NCBI GenBank assembly: GCA_052148295.1
Contig: JBKQIP010000174.1
Coordinates: 16,256 to 80,255 of the forward strand
Origin: Acidimicrobiales bacterium
Lineage (GTDB): Bacteria > Actinomycetota > Acidimicrobiia > Acidimicrobiales > RAAP-2
Direction of reading: 5' to 3'
DNA: 64,000 bases
Shown here: piece by piece, positions 1 to 9,012 of the stretch
Numbering within the stretch: the first letter of the stretch is position 1
Layout: each line of letters starts with the position of its first letter
Program-made: the position numbers and the translations under genes
The notes under the pieces: generated by a model
Seen by the model: only the letters and a program-made list of their open reading frames with translations
The model's database searches: none
Told to the model about the DNA's origin: nothing

Positions 1-1750
1 CGTCGAGCGCATGACCCGAGAGGATCGGCGGGGTGAGGGAGGCGTGGACGTCGCCGAACAGGACGGGGGTGTTCTGGCCGTCGATGTCCATGTCGTTGTA
101 ATTGGCGGCCGTTGCCGCGGCGACATCGGGGTCATGGCGGAGGAGCGTGAGGGTCTGCGGGGGGACACCGGCGTTGCCGGACCCCACCTGGTTGAACATG
201 TAGCTCCAGTTCCATCCGTAGAGGGCGGGACGGTTCACCAAGGTCTGCAAGCTGCTCCCGAAGGTGACCGTGGCCACCACCAGTGCCACGGCCAACGCGG
301 TGCCCACCAAGGCCGAGCGCACCGGCACCGCGGTGCGACCCGTGCCCGGCTCGAGCGCCATTCGTGCCCCCACTACGCCCGGCGGGGGAAGACCCGCCGC
401 CGCCGCTGCGGCGACGACCTTGGAGGTGGCCGGTGGGGCCAACCGGGTCCGCAGCGCGGTGCGATGGGGCGCCCCCAGAGAGACCAGGACGGCGGCGGCG
501 GCACCGAGGCCGGCGATCAACACGAGCAGGCCGGCGCCGAGCACCGTCCAGTCGGCCGAGACGCCGCGCGACGGGTACACGACCCGCACGGGGCCGAGGG
601 GCGAGAGGGGCGAGAGGGCCAGGGCGACCACGACGGCCAGCACCGACCCGAGCAGGACGGCGCCCAGGATCCCGACGAGACCGTCCGCCGCGGTGGTGGC
701 CGGGCCGGCGCCGAGTGCCCGTAGCACCCCCTCGTCCTCGGCGCTCTCGCGCACCCGGCGCGAGATCATCTGCGCGCCGATCAGCAGAGCGGCCAGCAGG
801 GCGACCAGCCCGAACATGGCGAGGGCGATGGCGATGGGCTTGAGGGCCCGGTCAGCCTTGGACGCCACGGGCGCCGAGGCATGGAACGAGTGGGTCGACG
901 AGGTCGGGATCACGCGGGCCAGCTCGTGTTCGACGGCGAGCACGTCGCCACTGCCGTGATCGAGTTGGAGGCCGTAGGTCGTGGCCGCCGAGAAGGACAC
1001 CTTCAGATCGGCCAGGACCTCCCGGGCCAACGCGGGGGTGAAGACGATGATGGTGGGGGTGCGGTCGATGTCGTCCTGTACGATCCCGTTGTTGAAGTCG
1101 ACGAGACCCACGATCGTGGCCTCCACGAGGAGCTTGGGCTTCACGCGCGCCGTACCGAATCCGGGTAGGGACTGTTGAGCCGTGGTGTACAGGCCGTAGG
1201 GAACCACCTGCCCCAGATGGAAGCCGAGCAATCGCGCCGCCGAGGGCGTCATCATGATCTGGTCGGGCCGGTCCGGGTCGGCCATCCGGCCGTCGACCAC
1301 GGTCACGCGGTCCTGGTCGAAGAAGAGCCCGTTGACGCTGGCGGTCGGGTACGCCAGCCCGAGGGTGCTGGTGCGTGGAGCTTCGTCGGGCCCCAGGGGA
1401 ACGCCGTTCAACTCGATCGCCTCTCGTGCGACCCGCACGTGCGGGAGATGGCTGATCTGGCGGGTCAGAGCCGGCGAGTAGCTCGGACTCGACCCCGGGA
1501 GGCCATACCCCGAGTAGACGGACACCTCCAGGTCCGACGGGTTGGTGCCGGCCAGGAAGGTGGTGAACGACGACTGCGTGCGTCGAGCGGACGCCACGCC
1601 GGCCATGGCCAGGCCCCCAACGAGGGCGATGAGGAGGACCAGGGACAGGTAGCCGCCCCAACGCCGGCCGATGGTGGCCCGGAAGCGGTACCACGCGACC
1701 CTCAGGGCGCGGCTCACGGGATCATGCCCGGGGTCCGTGGACCTCCTCAT
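1..1750 (-). CDS. ABC transporter permease, FtsX/MacB type (N-terminal ~583 codons; 3' end lies beyond the left edge)
   Basis: Not in the supplied track because it has no in-window stop. I hand-translated the minus frame from ATG (rc cat 1748-1750). I checked every tca/cta/tta in 1-1750 and none falls in this frame. Translation starts MRRSTDPGHDPVSRALRVAWYRFRATIGRRWGGYLSLVLLIALVGGLAMAGVA, a TM helix, then a large extracytoplasmic region. This is followed by an FtsX-type helix bundle (KPIAIALAMFGLVALLAALLIGAQMISRRV...LRALGAGPATT...). An alternative GTG start lies at 1717. Confidence 0.75.
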   Translation of the reverse strand, partial: MRRSTDPGHDPVSRALRVAWYRFRATIGRRWGGYLSLVLLIALVGGLAMAGVASARRTQSSFTTFLAGTNPSDLEVSVYSGYGLPGSSPSYSPALTRQISHLPHVRVAREAIELNGVPLGPDEAPRTSTLGLAYPTASVNGLFFDQDRVTVVDGRMADPDRPDQIMMTPSAARLLGFHLGQVVPYGLYTTAQQSLPGFGTARVKPKLLVEATIVGLVDFNNGIVQDDIDRTPTIIVFTPALAREVLADLKVSFSAATTYGLQLDHGSGDVLAVEHELARVIPTSSTHSFHASAPVASKADRALKPIAIALAMFGLVALLAALLIGAQMISRRVRESAEDEGVLRALGAGPATTAADGLVGILGAVLLGSVLAVVVALALSPLSPLGPVRVVYPSRGVSADWTVLGAGLLVLIAGLGAAAAVLVSLGAPHRTALRTRLAPPATSKVVAAAAAAGLPPPGVVGARMALEPGTGRTAVPVRSALVGTALAVALVVATVTFGSSLQTLVNRPALYGWNWSYMFNQVGSGNAGVPPQTLTLLRHDPDVAAATAANYNDMDIDGQNTPVLFGDVHASLTPPILSGHALD

Positions 1751-1968
1751 GACACCAACCCTCCCCTGAACGTGCGGCTCCTAGCCCACCAGGACAGTGT
1801 CCCGTGGACCGGCGTCATGGCCAAGGGTGTCACCATCCGGGGCGACGGGGTACCACCACCACTGCCACCACTGCGTCCCGGCCATCTCCCGAAGGCCCCG
1901 CCCGATGATCCGGGCGCACCGCCTGGTCCGGCTGCCGCCCAGCCCGTCGCGCTACCGTGACCGTACAG

Positions 1969-2643
1969 ATGACGGCAATTCGGGTCGCACTGGCAGAGGA
2001 CAACGCACTGCTGCGAGAGGGCATCTCTCGCATCATCGACGCCAACCAGGATTTCGACCTGGTCGGAACGGCCGGCGACCTGCCGCAGTTGCTGGCCCTG
2101 ATCGAAGCGGAATCCCCCGACGTGGTGGTGACGGACATCAGGATGCCCCCGACCGGCACCGACGAGGGCATCCAGGCCGCGTCGTGGCTGCGGGAACAGC
2201 GACCGCACGTCGGCGTCGTGGTCCTCAGCCAATTCAAGGCCCCGGCCTATGCCGTGGCCCTGCTGGAGACCGGATCCGCCGGCCGGGCCTACCTGCTAAA
2301 GGAGCGCGTGGCCGGGGTCGACGAACTGGCCCAGGCCATCCATACCGTGGCCCAGGCGGGATCGATGATCGACCCCAGTGTCGTCGATGAGCTGATCGAG
2401 GTGCGGACGTCCCGGCGGTCTTCGGACCTGTCGTGGTTGACGCCCCGGGAATCCGAGATCCTGGCCGAGATGGCGACGGGGAAGAGCAATGCCGCCATCG
2501 CCGCCGCGCTCAACGTCTCGGAACGGGCGGTGGAGAAGCACACCAACTCCATCTTCTCCAAGTTGGGCCTGACCGAGGAGAAGGAGGTCAACCGTCGGGT
2601 CAAGGCGGTGCTGGTCTACCTCAGTGAGCCGGGGGGAGGCTGA
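1969..2643 (+). CDS. NarL/FixJ-family response regulator (REC + LuxR-type HTH)
   Basis: Track ORF 1957..2643. Receiver motifs are IRVALAEDN and VVVTDIRMPP. The LuxR HTH reads LTPRESEILAEMATGKSNAAIAAALNVSERAVEKHTNSIFSKLGL. ATG 1969 is preferred over GTG 1957 on typical N-terminal length. Confidence 0.9.
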   Translation: MTAIRVALAEDNALLREGISRIIDANQDFDLVGTAGDLPQLLALIEAESPDVVVTDIRMPPTGTDEGIQAASWLREQRPHVGVVVLSQFKAPAYAVALLETGSAGRAYLLKERVAGVDELAQAIHTVAQAGSMIDPSVVDELIEVRTSRRSSDLSWLTPRESEILAEMATGKSNAAIAAALNVSERAVEKHTNSIFSKLGLTEEKEVNRRVKAVLVYLSEPGGG

Positions 2644-2660
2644 CCCCACATGGACAGGGT

Positions 2661-3101
2661 GTGCCAGCACCACCGTGGGCGACCCGCACCTCATGCGAAG
2701 ATGAAACCGTGAGCGCGCCACTGCCCGTGCTGGTCGTCGACGACCAAGCCCCCTTCCGCTCGGCCATGAAGGCCGTGCTGCGCCGCACCACGGAGTTCGA
2801 ACTGGTCGGCGAGGCGGCGAACGGGTCGGAGGCGATCGAGCTGGCCGACCGGCTCAACCCGGTCCTCGTCCTCATGGACATCAACATGCCGGAGATGAAC
2901 GGGATCGAGGCCACGCGTCAACTGGTCTCCAGCCACCCCGACGTGGTGGTGATCCTCTGTTCGACCTACGACGCGGGCGACCTTCCGCCCGAGGTGGCCA
3001 CCAGCGGCGCCCGGGCCTATCTCAACAAGGAGCACCTGGGAGCCGACTCCCTGCGGCGCCTGTGGGCGGAGCGGGACGCCGGCGAGTTCATCTCGGGCTG
3101 A
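2661..3101 (+). CDS. Single-domain response regulator (CheY-like receiver only)
   Basis: Receiver motifs VLVVDDQ, LVLMDINMPEMNG, VVILCSTY and AYLNKE, with no output domain. The start is uncertain (GTG 2661, or GTG 2709 giving VSAPLPVLVVDD). Confidence 0.8.
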   Translation: MPAPPWATRTSCEDETVSAPLPVLVVDDQAPFRSAMKAVLRRTTEFELVGEAANGSEAIELADRLNPVLVLMDINMPEMNGIEATRQLVSSHPDVVVILCSTYDAGDLPPEVATSGARAYLNKEHLGADSLRRLWAERDAGEFISG

Positions 3102-3120
3102 CGCGCTCCGTTCATTCCCT

Positions 3121-3331
3121 TCACTCCGCACGCAGCAGCGACGCGGTCGGCGTCCTCGCCGCGATACGCCCGGGGGGCCGCGACGAGCTCGGCGAAGACC
3201 CGGGGCATGCCGACGATGACCCCGACGACGGCCGACAGCGAGGCCTGCCAGGTCACCGTCGCCGCCAACTGACGCCTGGTGAAGCCGAGCGTCTCGAGGG
3301 CGGCCAGCTCGCGCCGGCGGCGCCGTCCGCA
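3121..3331 (-). pseudogene. Remnant of the C-terminal end of an FtsX-type permease (frameshifted, internally deleted)
   Basis: Hand translation. One minus frame reads CGRRRRRELAALETLGFTRRQLAATVTWQASLSAVVGVIVGMP, the typical loop plus TM of the last FtsX domain. It is bounded upstream by an in-frame TAG (rc of 3332-3334). A second frame reads RPPGRIAARTPTASLLRAE-stop (stop = rc of tca 3121-3123), a classic FtsX C-terminus. The two pieces lie in different frames and the helices normally between them are missing. Confidence 0.5.
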
Positions 3332-3491
3332 CTACGGCTGATGGACCGGCTGATTCGAGAGAGTGAGCGCAACCCTGCCGCCGGGGCTCACGCCCGGACG
3401 CGTGGTGACCGGCACCGCGTTCGGTCCGGCCACCGGGGCCTCCTGCTGGTTGAGGCTGCTGGCCGAGAAGAGCGATGACCGGTCAGACCGT

Positions 3492-5654
3492 TCAGATCAG
3501 TGGCACGGACCCGCGCACCTGCGAACCCTGGCCCAGCTCGGACTCCCAACGGACCGTGCCGCCGATGGCGCCCAGGCGGTCGGCCATGTTGATGTAGCCA
3601 TGCCCGTGCTGCGCCCGCTCCACGTCGAAGCCGGGACCGTCGTCGCTGACCACGAAGAGCAGCCCCCCGGACTCCTCCCACAACCGCACCTCCACCTGGG
3701 CGCCCTCGGCGTGCTTGGCCGCGTTCTGGAGTGCCTCGAGACAGCAGAAGTAGACCGCCGCCTCGGTCTCCGACGAGTAGCGGCCGATGCCGTCGGCCAC
3801 GACCTCCACCGACAGCGGGTTGCGGTTCCCCGCGGCGCGCAACGCTTCGACCAGGCCGCTGTCGACCAGCAGGGGCGGATAGATCCCGTGCGCCAACTCG
3901 CGCAGCTCCTGGATGGTCTCCTGGACCTCCCCGGCCAGCTCGTCCAGCATTTCCGCCCCGGCGGCGGGATCGTCGGTGATGACGTCGCGGGCGAGGCGCA
4001 GGTTCACGGCCAGGGCCACCAGGTGCTGCTGGGCCCCGTCGTGCAGGTTGCGCTCCACGCGGCGGCGCTCCGCATCGCCGCTGGCTACGATCCGGGCTCG
4101 CGATTCCCGCAGCGCGTCCGCCTGCTTGCGCAGCTCGTCGAGGGTGGTCTGGAGCGCGGTGTCGAGCTGGGAGTTGTGAAAGGCCAGGCCGACCTGCCGG
4201 GCCAGGTCCGTCAGCACCCGGTCGTCGTCCTCGGAGAACGAATTCCCCGCGCCCGGGCGTTCGACCACCACCAACCCCAACAACTCGCCCGCATGGCTGA
4301 TCGGCGCCACCCGCAGCTGCTGCTGCTCGCGCCCCTCCATCAGGGCGGGCAACCAGACCGACGTCCAGGCGCTCCCCGACACGCCGGCCCGCGTCACGAC
4401 GGGCCGCTCCCGGGGCGTCACGACGATCGACCGCGGTCCGGCGTCGGGAACCGACACGGCACGTTCGAGGACCTCCCCCATGCCGGTGTAGATCTCGGCG
4501 CTGGTGAGCCCCATGGTCTTGCGCAGGGACTCGGCCAGCTGCAACAGCAACTCGTCCATCGGTATGGCGCGGGTGAGCCGGGAGCCGAAGGTCCGCAGCA
4601 CTTCGTCCGGTGCCTCCCGGGCGCCGTAGACGAATCGCGTGGCCGAGCCGAGGAGCCGCTCACGCACCGGCACGAAGATCAACGCGGCCACACCGGTGGC
4701 CAGCATCGACAGGGCCAGGACGTCCTTGTCGCCATTGGTCTTGGGTGCATGCCCCAGCCCGAGGACCACCACGAGATAGATGGCCGACACGACGACGATG
4801 AAGCCGAAGGTGGACAGGACCTGCACCAGCAGCCGGCTGCCGTGGTGGGCCAGGCGCCGGCTCTCGCCCAGCAGCAGCCCGAGGGGGATGAACACCGTGC
4901 CACCGACCACCACCGCGGCCAGGGGTCCCGGCCAGCCGATCAAGAGGTGCAGCACCGTGGCGACCAGCGCCACATCGGCGGCCAGCACGACGCCGATCCC
5001 GAACCACTGCAACCGCTCCCGGTCGTGGCCGAGCGCATGGGCGTAGCGAAACCGCATGGGGAGCACGGCGACCGCGGCCGCGAGCGACCAGCACACGGCT
5101 CCGTCCTCCACCGAGAAGGTGTGGTGGCCCAGCGCCAGGACGATGCCGGCGACCAGGGCGGCCACGTAGACCGCCATGACGACCAGGCGTCGGCCCACAC
5201 CGGGGAGCCGGCCGTCGGGCAGGGCCAGCAGGAGGTGGAACGAGACGGCCGTGACCAGGACGGTCGTGATGGTGGCCACGGCCCGGGCGGCCCCGCCGGA
5301 GGTGACGTGCTCGCTGAGGGCCAGCCGGCTCGACGTCAGGGCCACGGCGGCCACGAGCGCGTCCACGCCGGCCAGGAGATGGAACGGTGAGACCCGCTCG
5401 GTCGTGGCTCCGGGCTCGCGGACCTTGACGAGTCCGACGACGGCCCACACCGCGGTGATCACGAAGGCGACCGCGTTGACGGCGGTGATCCCTCCGGGGA
5501 CCTGCGCCCGCAGGCCGACCACGACAACGGCGATGGTGAGGGCGAAGATCAGCCCCCGGAGCACGATCCCGGTGGCGGGGCTGGCCGCCCGCGACGCGCC
5601 GGTGACGGTCGACGCCTCCGTGACCGTCAGGTCCACCCGCCCTGCGGTGGTCAC
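3492..5654 (-). CDS. Sensor histidine kinase, NarL-partner type (multi-TM N-terminus, GAF-like region, HisKA_3, HATPase_c)
   Basis: Track ORF of 720 aa. The first ~330 aa is a hydrophobic multi-helix region. H-box is ERNLHDGAQQHLVAL, N-box is LEALQNAAKHA, G-box is VSDDGPGF...GHGYINMADR. Confidence 0.9.
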   Translation of the reverse strand: MTTAGRVDLTVTEASTVTGASRAASPATGIVLRGLIFALTIAVVVVGLRAQVPGGITAVNAVAFVITAVWAVVGLVKVREPGATTERVSPFHLLAGVDALVAAVALTSSRLALSEHVTSGGAARAVATITTVLVTAVSFHLLLALPDGRLPGVGRRLVVMAVYVAALVAGIVLALGHHTFSVEDGAVCWSLAAAVAVLPMRFRYAHALGHDRERLQWFGIGVVLAADVALVATVLHLLIGWPGPLAAVVVGGTVFIPLGLLLGESRRLAHHGSRLLVQVLSTFGFIVVVSAIYLVVVLGLGHAPKTNGDKDVLALSMLATGVAALIFVPVRERLLGSATRFVYGAREAPDEVLRTFGSRLTRAIPMDELLLQLAESLRKTMGLTSAEIYTGMGEVLERAVSVPDAGPRSIVVTPRERPVVTRAGVSGSAWTSVWLPALMEGREQQQLRVAPISHAGELLGLVVVERPGAGNSFSEDDDRVLTDLARQVGLAFHNSQLDTALQTTLDELRKQADALRESRARIVASGDAERRRVERNLHDGAQQHLVALAVNLRLARDVITDDPAAGAEMLDELAGEVQETIQELRELAHGIYPPLLVDSGLVEALRAAGNRNPLSVEVVADGIGRYSSETEAAVYFCCLEALQNAAKHAEGAQVEVRLWEESGGLLFVVSDDGPGFDVERAQHGHGYINMADRLGAIGGTVRWESELGQGSQVRGSVPLI

Positions 5655-5715
5655 GGGGCGCGCCGCTCGAGCGACCTCGGCGATCGGCCGGCCCGGCGGG
5701 CCGTCCTCCCCATGC

Positions 5716-6414
5716 TCAGCGCACTCCGACGGGCACGTCCGCCTGCTCGTTCACGATCCGCCCGTCCCGCATGCGGACCACCCGGTCCGCCGCCGCCGCT
5801 ACGCCGGCATCGTGGGTGACCAGGACGATGGTCTGCCCGCCCGCGTGCAGCCGGCTCAGCAGCTCAATGACCTCTTGGCCCCCTTCGGAGTCGAGGGCGC
5901 CGGTCGGTTCGTCGGCCAGCAGGAGCGTGGGCTCATTGGCCAGCGCCCGGGCGATGGCCAGCCGCTGGCGCTGCCCACCGGAGAGCATGCCGGGCACCGT
6001 CGAGGCCTTGTCCCCGATGCCCAGCAGGTCGAGCAGGTCGCGGGCGCGCGTCTCGGCCATCTTGCGCTTGCGGCCGGCGATGACGGCCGGCAGCGCGACG
6101 TTCTCCAGCACCGTCATGCCCTCGAGGAGATTGAAGAACTGGAACACGATGCCGATGTGCCGCCGGCGCAGTCGGGACAGCTCGTCCTCGCTGCGACCGG
6201 TCACCGGCTCACCGGCCACCGTGATGGTGCCCTCGTCGGCCACGTCCAGGCCGGCGACCAGGTTCAACAGGGTCGACTTGCCACAGCCCGAGGGTCCCAT
6301 GAGCGCCACGAAGTCCCCCGCCGGCACGACGAGGTCGGCCCCGCGGAGCGCCCGCACCGGGGCGTTCTCGGCCTCGAACGTCTTGCGCACCTTGTCGACT
6401 ACGAGGACATCCAT
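5716..6414 (-). CDS. ABC transporter ATP-binding protein (MacB/LolD-like)
   Basis: Walker A GPSGCGKST, signature LSGGQRQR, Walker B LLLADEPT, H-loop VTHD. Its ATG lies 1 nt after the stop of the upstream cyclase gene. No permease gene is adjacent. Confidence 0.92.
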   Translation of the reverse strand: MDVLVVDKVRKTFEAENAPVRALRGADLVVPAGDFVALMGPSGCGKSTLLNLVAGLDVADEGTITVAGEPVTGRSEDELSRLRRRHIGIVFQFFNLLEGMTVLENVALPAVIAGRKRKMAETRARDLLDLLGIGDKASTVPGMLSGGQRQRLAIARALANEPTLLLADEPTGALDSEGGQEVIELLSRLHAGGQTIVLVTHDAGVAAAADRVVRMRDGRIVNEQADVPVGVR

Positions 6415-6415
6415 G

Positions 6416-7798
6416 TCACAGCCTTTCGCTCGGCGCCATGACCGTGCTCGGGTCTGGCTGGTCGGTCAACTTGTAGGCGACGACGGGAGTGTCGCGCCCC
6501 TTCACCAGTTGCGGGAGCAGGGCGACGGTGGCCACCGGCACGTGGAGCGCCGCCAGGGTGCCTTCCGACAGCACCGTCTCCCCGGCGTCGGCCAACTGCT
6601 GCAGCCGCTGCGAGAGGTTGACGGTGTCGCCCACCAACGTGTACTCCAATCGCTCGTCGGATCCCAGCAGCGCGGCCGCCGCCTCTCCCGTCGACAGGCC
6701 GAGGCCCAGCCCGAAGGGCGGCAATCCCTCCTCCTGCCACCGTTCGTTGATGGCGTGCTGCTTGGCGTGCATTCCCCAGGCCGCCGCCACCGCCCGGTCC
6801 GCATGGTCCTCCTGGGCGAAGGGCGCGCCGAAGACGGCCATCACCGCGTCCCCGACGAACTGCATCACAGTGCCATTCTCCCCGAGGATGGCATCGTTCA
6901 TGGCGGCCCGATGGACGTTCAACTGCCCGGCCAGCTGGCTCGGGTCGGCGTGCTCGGCAATGGTCGAGTAGGAGCGGATGTCGCTCATCAACACGGTGAC
7001 CACCACGCGCTCGGTCTCGCCGATGTGGCGGCCGTCGCGCCGGAGCTTCTCGGCCAGACCGCCCGGCAGGAGCCGGGAGAGGGTCTCCCCCTGCTCCTCA
7101 CGGTCGACGATGGCCCGGTGCAGCAGACGGAGGCGCTGCAGCGCGCCCTGGGTGCCGGCCGACACCCCCTCGGCCAACTTGACGAACACCGCCTCCACCT
7201 CGGCATCGATGGCCTCGGCCGGCAGGTGCCGCGCCACGGCGATGGCCTTGATGGGCTTGCCCTCGGCCACCATGCTCAGGAGCTCCTCCTCGGACGGCGA
7301 CAGGCCGCCGTGGGTCGTCACCGGCCGCACCAGAGCCTCGACGATGGCCGGATCGAGGGCCGTGCCGCCGGTGGCGACGGCCCGGATCGCATCCACCAGT
7401 TGATCGCCCTGGGCGATGTGGTCCTTCAGGAGGTACCCGTAGCCGGCCGAGCCCTCCGAGAGCAGCGAGACGGCATATTCGGGGTCGTCGTACTGCGACA
7501 GCACGACCACCCCGGTGCCCGGATGGCGCTTGCGCACCTCTTTCGCCGCATCGATGCCCTCCCGGTTGAAGGAGGGGGGCATGCGAATGTCGGTCACCAG
7601 CACGTGGGGCTCGCAGGTGACCGCACCGTCCACGACCTCGTCGTAGTCGGCAGCCACGCCGACCACCCGCAGGTCCGCATGACGCTCGATCAGCGCCCGT
7701 ACCCCTTCACGCACGATCAGGTTGTCGTCGGCCAGGAGCACGTCGATCGTGGCCGAGAAGGTGGCGCCGGTGGGATTCATCGGGTCTAGTTCTCTCAC
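6416..7798 (-). CDS. Response regulator fused to a degenerate LuxR-like HTH and a class III adenylate/guanylate cyclase domain
   Basis: REC motifs: VLLADDN, LVTDIRMPP, VVVLSQ. It is paralogous to the 1969 regulator. The HTH-like segment reads LSPSEEELLSMVAEGKPIKAIAVARHL. Cyclase motifs are VTVLMSDIRSYS (metal Asp), FVGDAVMAVFGAP (second Asp) and YTLVGDTVNLSQRL (Asn/Arg). Confidence 0.85.
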   Translation of the reverse strand: MRELDPMNPTGATFSATIDVLLADDNLIVREGVRALIERHADLRVVGVAADYDEVVDGAVTCEPHVLVTDIRMPPSFNREGIDAAKEVRKRHPGTGVVVLSQYDDPEYAVSLLSEGSAGYGYLLKDHIAQGDQLVDAIRAVATGGTALDPAIVEALVRPVTTHGGLSPSEEELLSMVAEGKPIKAIAVARHLPAEAIDAEVEAVFVKLAEGVSAGTQGALQRLRLLHRAIVDREEQGETLSRLLPGGLAEKLRRDGRHIGETERVVVTVLMSDIRSYSTIAEHADPSQLAGQLNVHRAAMNDAILGENGTVMQFVGDAVMAVFGAPFAQEDHADRAVAAAWGMHAKQHAINERWQEEGLPPFGLGLGLSTGEAAAALLGSDERLEYTLVGDTVNLSQRLQQLADAGETVLSEGTLAALHVPVATVALLPQLVKGRDTPVVAYKLTDQPDPSTVMAPSERL

Positions 7799-7806
7799 AC
7801 CTGGCC

Positions 7807-7837
7807 GTCCCGGGAAAGGGGGCAGCCTTCCCGGGAC
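7807..7837. promoter_or_regulatory. Perfect 10-bp inverted repeat (gtcccgggaa N11 ttcccgggac) in the 65-bp divergent intergenic region
   Basis: Read directly: 7807-7816 is the reverse complement of 7828-7837. It lies between the cyclase start (7798) and the cNMP-binding gene start (7864), so it is a candidate operator. It cannot be a terminator, because both genes point away from it. Confidence 0.35.
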
Positions 7838-7863
7838 CCGGTGGTGCTAGGCCCACCAGACCC

Positions 7864-8931
7864 ATGCCTGGCAGCACACTGGCCACGGGCCAGGCACCGG
7901 CACAGGCTGGTGCCATGCCTACCGACCCAACCACCCGATACGAGGGATTGGTGACGTCGCTGTCGTGGATCCCATCGGAAGCCATCGAGAGCGCCCAGCG
8001 GATCGCCTTTGACTCGGGACTGACCCACTACGACCCGCCTCCCCCCGCGGAGGGGTTCGACCTCGCGCAATTGCGGGACACGGACCGGTTCCGCTTCGCC
8101 AACGAGCTTCGGGCCTGGATAGAGGTCGACCCCTCGGGGCGGATCGTCGGGTGCGGCTACTCGGGCGGGGGCGTGATGGGTTCGACGACGGTCAGCCTGG
8201 CCGGGCTTCGTCACAAGTTCCAGGCGGTCCAGCTCTCCGACCTGCAGCGCGAGCCCGAATACGGGGACGGGTGGGTGCGGTTCGTCCAGACGGTCGGGGG
8301 TCGCACGGGCATGCCCGCCCCCCGGCGGGTGCGGCGGAAGCCCTACATCCAGTGGCAGGCCCCGCTCGTCTGGACGACCCTCTCGCTCACCGTGTACGCC
8401 GACGGGCACACCGAGCACGCCCTGATCGGAGCCAGTCGATTCCCCCGCCATTGGGTCTACGACGCCGCCAACCACCTCACCCACAAGTCCGGACTGACGG
8501 ACTTCAAGGACTGGTACCAGAAGTCCTTCGGCCGCCACACCCCGTGGGGCGACGAGGAGTCCGAGGCGCTGGTCACCGCGGTGGAGTCGGCCCTCGAGCG
8601 TTCCCTCTCGGCCCAGGTGATGCAGGGGGCTCGCCGGATCAAGAAGTTCCCCGCCGGCGCGGTGCTCTTCGAGCAGGGCCACGAGGGGACACAGGTCCTG
8701 CTGGTCCTCGACGGCGTCGTGCGGGTCGAAAAAGACGGTGAGCGGCTGGCCGAGTACGGACCGGGGGCGATCCTCGGGGAACGGGCCCACCTCGAGGGGG
8801 GCGTCCGCACCTCGACCAACGTCGCCGTCACGGCGTGCCGGGTGGCCCTGATCGACGCCGAAGCGTTCGACCGGTCACATCTCGAGGAGCTCTCGAAGGG
8901 GCACCGCCGCGAAGAGCACGCGCCACACTGA
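7864..8931 (+). CDS. Protein with an unrecognised ~240-aa N-terminal domain and a C-terminal cyclic-nucleotide-binding (CAP/PKA-type) domain
   Basis: The C-terminus is FPAGAVLFEQGHEGTQVLLVLDGVVRVEKDGERLAEYGPGAILGERAHLEGGVRTSTNVAVTACRVALID. This matches the cNMP-binding beta-barrel with the G-E...R-(T/S) phosphate-binding cassette. No HTH is seen. An alternative ATG lies at 7915. Confidence 0.75.
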   Translation: MPGSTLATGQAPAQAGAMPTDPTTRYEGLVTSLSWIPSEAIESAQRIAFDSGLTHYDPPPPAEGFDLAQLRDTDRFRFANELRAWIEVDPSGRIVGCGYSGGGVMGSTTVSLAGLRHKFQAVQLSDLQREPEYGDGWVRFVQTVGGRTGMPAPRRVRRKPYIQWQAPLVWTTLSLTVYADGHTEHALIGASRFPRHWVYDAANHLTHKSGLTDFKDWYQKSFGRHTPWGDEESEALVTAVESALERSLSAQVMQGARRIKKFPAGAVLFEQGHEGTQVLLVLDGVVRVEKDGERLAEYGPGAILGERAHLEGGVRTSTNVAVTACRVALIDAEAFDRSHLEELSKGHRREEHAPH

Positions 8932-9012
8932 GCGGGTGCGGGCCCACGTCTGCGGCCGTCGCGGGCCGGACCCGGCGGAAGGTCCCGCGGCGGCCGTCGC
9001 CGGTGGGCACCC

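Noticed and set aside
3363-5390. 675-aa plus-strand ORF opposite the histidine kinase gene
   Set aside because: The translation is Gly/Arg/Pro/His/Asp-rich with no recognisable domain. The opposite strand encodes a complete kinase with H, N and G boxes. This is a typical antisense shadow ORF of GC-rich DNA.
5771-7789. 672-aa plus-strand ORF spanning the ABC ATPase and cyclase genes
   Set aside because: It crosses two well-supported minus-strand genes and has low-complexity Arg/Ser/Pro composition with no motifs.
7790-7800. TCACA pentamer near the cyclase start, a possible CRP half-site
   Set aside because: No matching TGTGA half-site occurs at N6 spacing. A single pentamer is uninformative.
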